DNA of 63,649 bases, filler included, from Folioceros fuciformis (Eukaryota), in assembly GCA_049999805.1 (NCBI GenBank). It is 26 parts of 26 records of this genome, joined end to end, with 100 filler letters (N's around TTAATTAATTAA, not from the genome) between each part and the next. Parts side by side here need not be neighbours in the genome. Positions count along the whole stretch, not along the records: positions 61,099 to 62,336 come from JBNGIO010002709.1; positions 62,437 to 63,649 come from JBNGIO010002710.1; 24 more parts are not named here. One strand, 5' to 3'. The notes below the pieces were generated by a model that made no database searches, had not been told where the DNA came from, and was given only the letters and a program-made list of their open reading frames with translations. How positions within the stretch are numbered: position 1 is the stretch's first letter; each line of letters begins with the position of its first letter. Position numbers and translations under genes: made by a program. This document shows, in pieces, positions 61,901 to 63,649 of this stretch.

Positions 61901-62436
61901 AATGGCATAAGGTCCTGGACAGGCTGGGTGGCGGCACCTCTCCAATGGCTGTAAAATCAACAACTGCAGGGCCCAAGTAGGCAGGCGGCCAGCCGGATTC
62001 AGGCTGGCTGGGCCGGTGGCCTGGCTGCAAGATCCCAAGCGGGCTGTCGGCCAGTCAGATCAGGGGGGACAGGTTGGCTGATCGGACTGCCGACCTGCCC
62101 GGGCAAATCGGCTAGCCGGAGTGCAGGAGGCCCGGCTGGGCGCCTAGGTTGGTTGTGGTTGGTCACGCCTGCAGACAGGCAGCCTAGTGTCGGCCAGGCG
62201 GGCTGTCGGCAGGGCGATCCGGGCTGGGGCGGGCCGGGATCCGGCTGACCGCAGGCTCAAGGAGCAGGTGGCCCGGGTCGTCAGCATGCAGGCAGCGGCC
62301 AGGGCCGGTCGGGCTGGCAGGTAGATCCGGCTGGGCNNNNNNNNNNNNNNNNNNNNNNNNNNNNNNNNNNNNNNNNNNNNTTAATTAATTAANNNNNNNN
62401 NNNNNNNNNNNNNNNNNNNNNNNNNNNNNNNNNNNN

Positions 62437-63649
62437 GCAGGAGGGGGAGCAGGCAACCTGAGGTAGCCCAAGGGAGGACGGGGTAAGCACCTCTGTTATG
62501 ACAGAAGGTCAGATTGTGCTGCAGTATGAGGAGGAGGCCTCCTATGTGCCAGGCCTGTATGTAGAAGGGGCCAGGGTTCTGAAGCTGTTTTGTATGTACG
62601 TATGGGCACAGGAGGGACGCGGGGCTACGGCCTACAGTTGAGGACGCGCTTGGGACTCTACCACTACAATTGGTGGGTGACAGGACTGCCCCACTGCTAT
62701 GCGGAGGCAATTCTGGAGGAACAGACGGAAGAGGAGGCCAAGCGCTGGGTAGAACGGGGGCCTGTGGTTGTCCTCAGTAACCAGAGAAGGAGGAGGAGTG
62801 GTGGATCACAGCGGCGGGACCCACCTGCGCCGCCAGCCAGGTCCAGCAATAGCAGCAGTGATGTGGAGATCCTCTGGGAGGATCTGCCGGACCAACGGAG
62901 GGGCAGAAGAGTGAGAGGAGGAGCAGCAAGGGGTGACGCGCAAAGGCCAGGAGGAAGCCGCCAGCGGCGTGGGAAAGGGAGATAGTAAATGCAGGCTAGA
63001 ATAGGATTTTTTTAGCGTGCTTTATTTGGACCTAAGTCTCTCAGAATTTAAGAGCGCAGCTCCCTTGCCTGATAGACTTTATGGCGGAAAAACCGCCATC
63101 ACCATGTACAAGAGGCCGGTTTGAAGGCCTAAGAAACCAGCAAGAACCAGCCGAGCAGTCGACCTTGCAAGGACCTAGCGATGGCCATTGCTGGACAGGA
63201 GGTCCAGGCAAGCGAGCGCACGTAGCAACCTGGGGTGTGAGTGTAGGTGGTGAGCGCTCCGTGATCAAGTCCGGGGACGAATCGGGAGGAGGAGCCTCGT
63301 CGAGTGGGAGAGAAGCTCCCCAGCTATCCTCGAGGTGGTCACGTGGGGTGGTGCGGGTGTCGGAGCCGAATCCGTGAGTTCGGAGTGGAAGGGACTCCTC
63401 TTCCCTTAGCCCCGGTACCTCACCATTCCTCAACGTTAATAGGAGCCCAGGAGGGGGCATCGCTGAGAAAGAAGACTGAAGAACCGGAGAAAATAGAGCG
63501 CGAGAGTGCGCGTGTGTGAGAAGGAGGATGAGCGAGTGGCCGAGTAATGGGTAAGAGCGAATACGAAAAGGAAGCCAGAAGGGGTGGAAGTAGGAAGTGA
63601 AGCGGAGTGGAAGTGATTCGACGATTGTTGAGAGGGGCAGAATGTATAC
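62437..63649 (+). mobile_element. Repeat family A copy (ORF C-terminus and 3' region)
   Basis: Collinear with the reverse complement of 30913-32030. Confidence 0.88.

Noticed and set aside
61099-62336. Bacterial contaminant gene in the GC-rich contig
   Set aside because: No coherent ORF; repetitive GGCTG/CAGCC words and frequent CTAG fit a decayed eukaryotic repeat.

Overview
This window is not one contiguous locus. It is 26 short contigs (about 1.1-7.5 kb) joined by 25 identical artificial 100-bp linkers (44 N + TTAATTAATTAA + 44 N), so nothing can be inferred from adjacency across a linker. Most of the DNA looks like repeat-rich land-plant nuclear sequence. The evidence is an intact 7-exon sugar-phosphate/nucleotide-sugar translocator gene with short GT-AG introns, plant-type tRNA-Glu genes, a PLS-type PPR fragment, CCCTAAA telomere repeats, and nested Ty1/Copia and Ty3/Gypsy remnants. 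Main highlights: (1) a decayed Ty3/Gypsy element carrying a C5-cytosine DNA methyltransferase between protease and RT (1-5084). (2) An exon resembling a beta-class N4/N6 amino-methyltransferase (55474-55980). Plausibly related exons on two other contigs are tied to it by a shared palindrome, AGTGCGCCGGT-NN-ACCGGCGCACT, which makes this a candidate undescribed mobile methyltransferase family. (3) Two contigs with a saturating fungal RIP signature, probably from a co-sequenced ascomycete. (4) A 452-bp-period tRNA-Glu array whose spacers are homologous to the neighbouring translocator's last exon. (5) A multi-copy retroelement accessory ORF family with a DWG motif; one copy lacks a precise GT..AG segment. 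(6) A CRE-like non-LTR remnant. All assignments come from reading motifs by eye; no searches were run.
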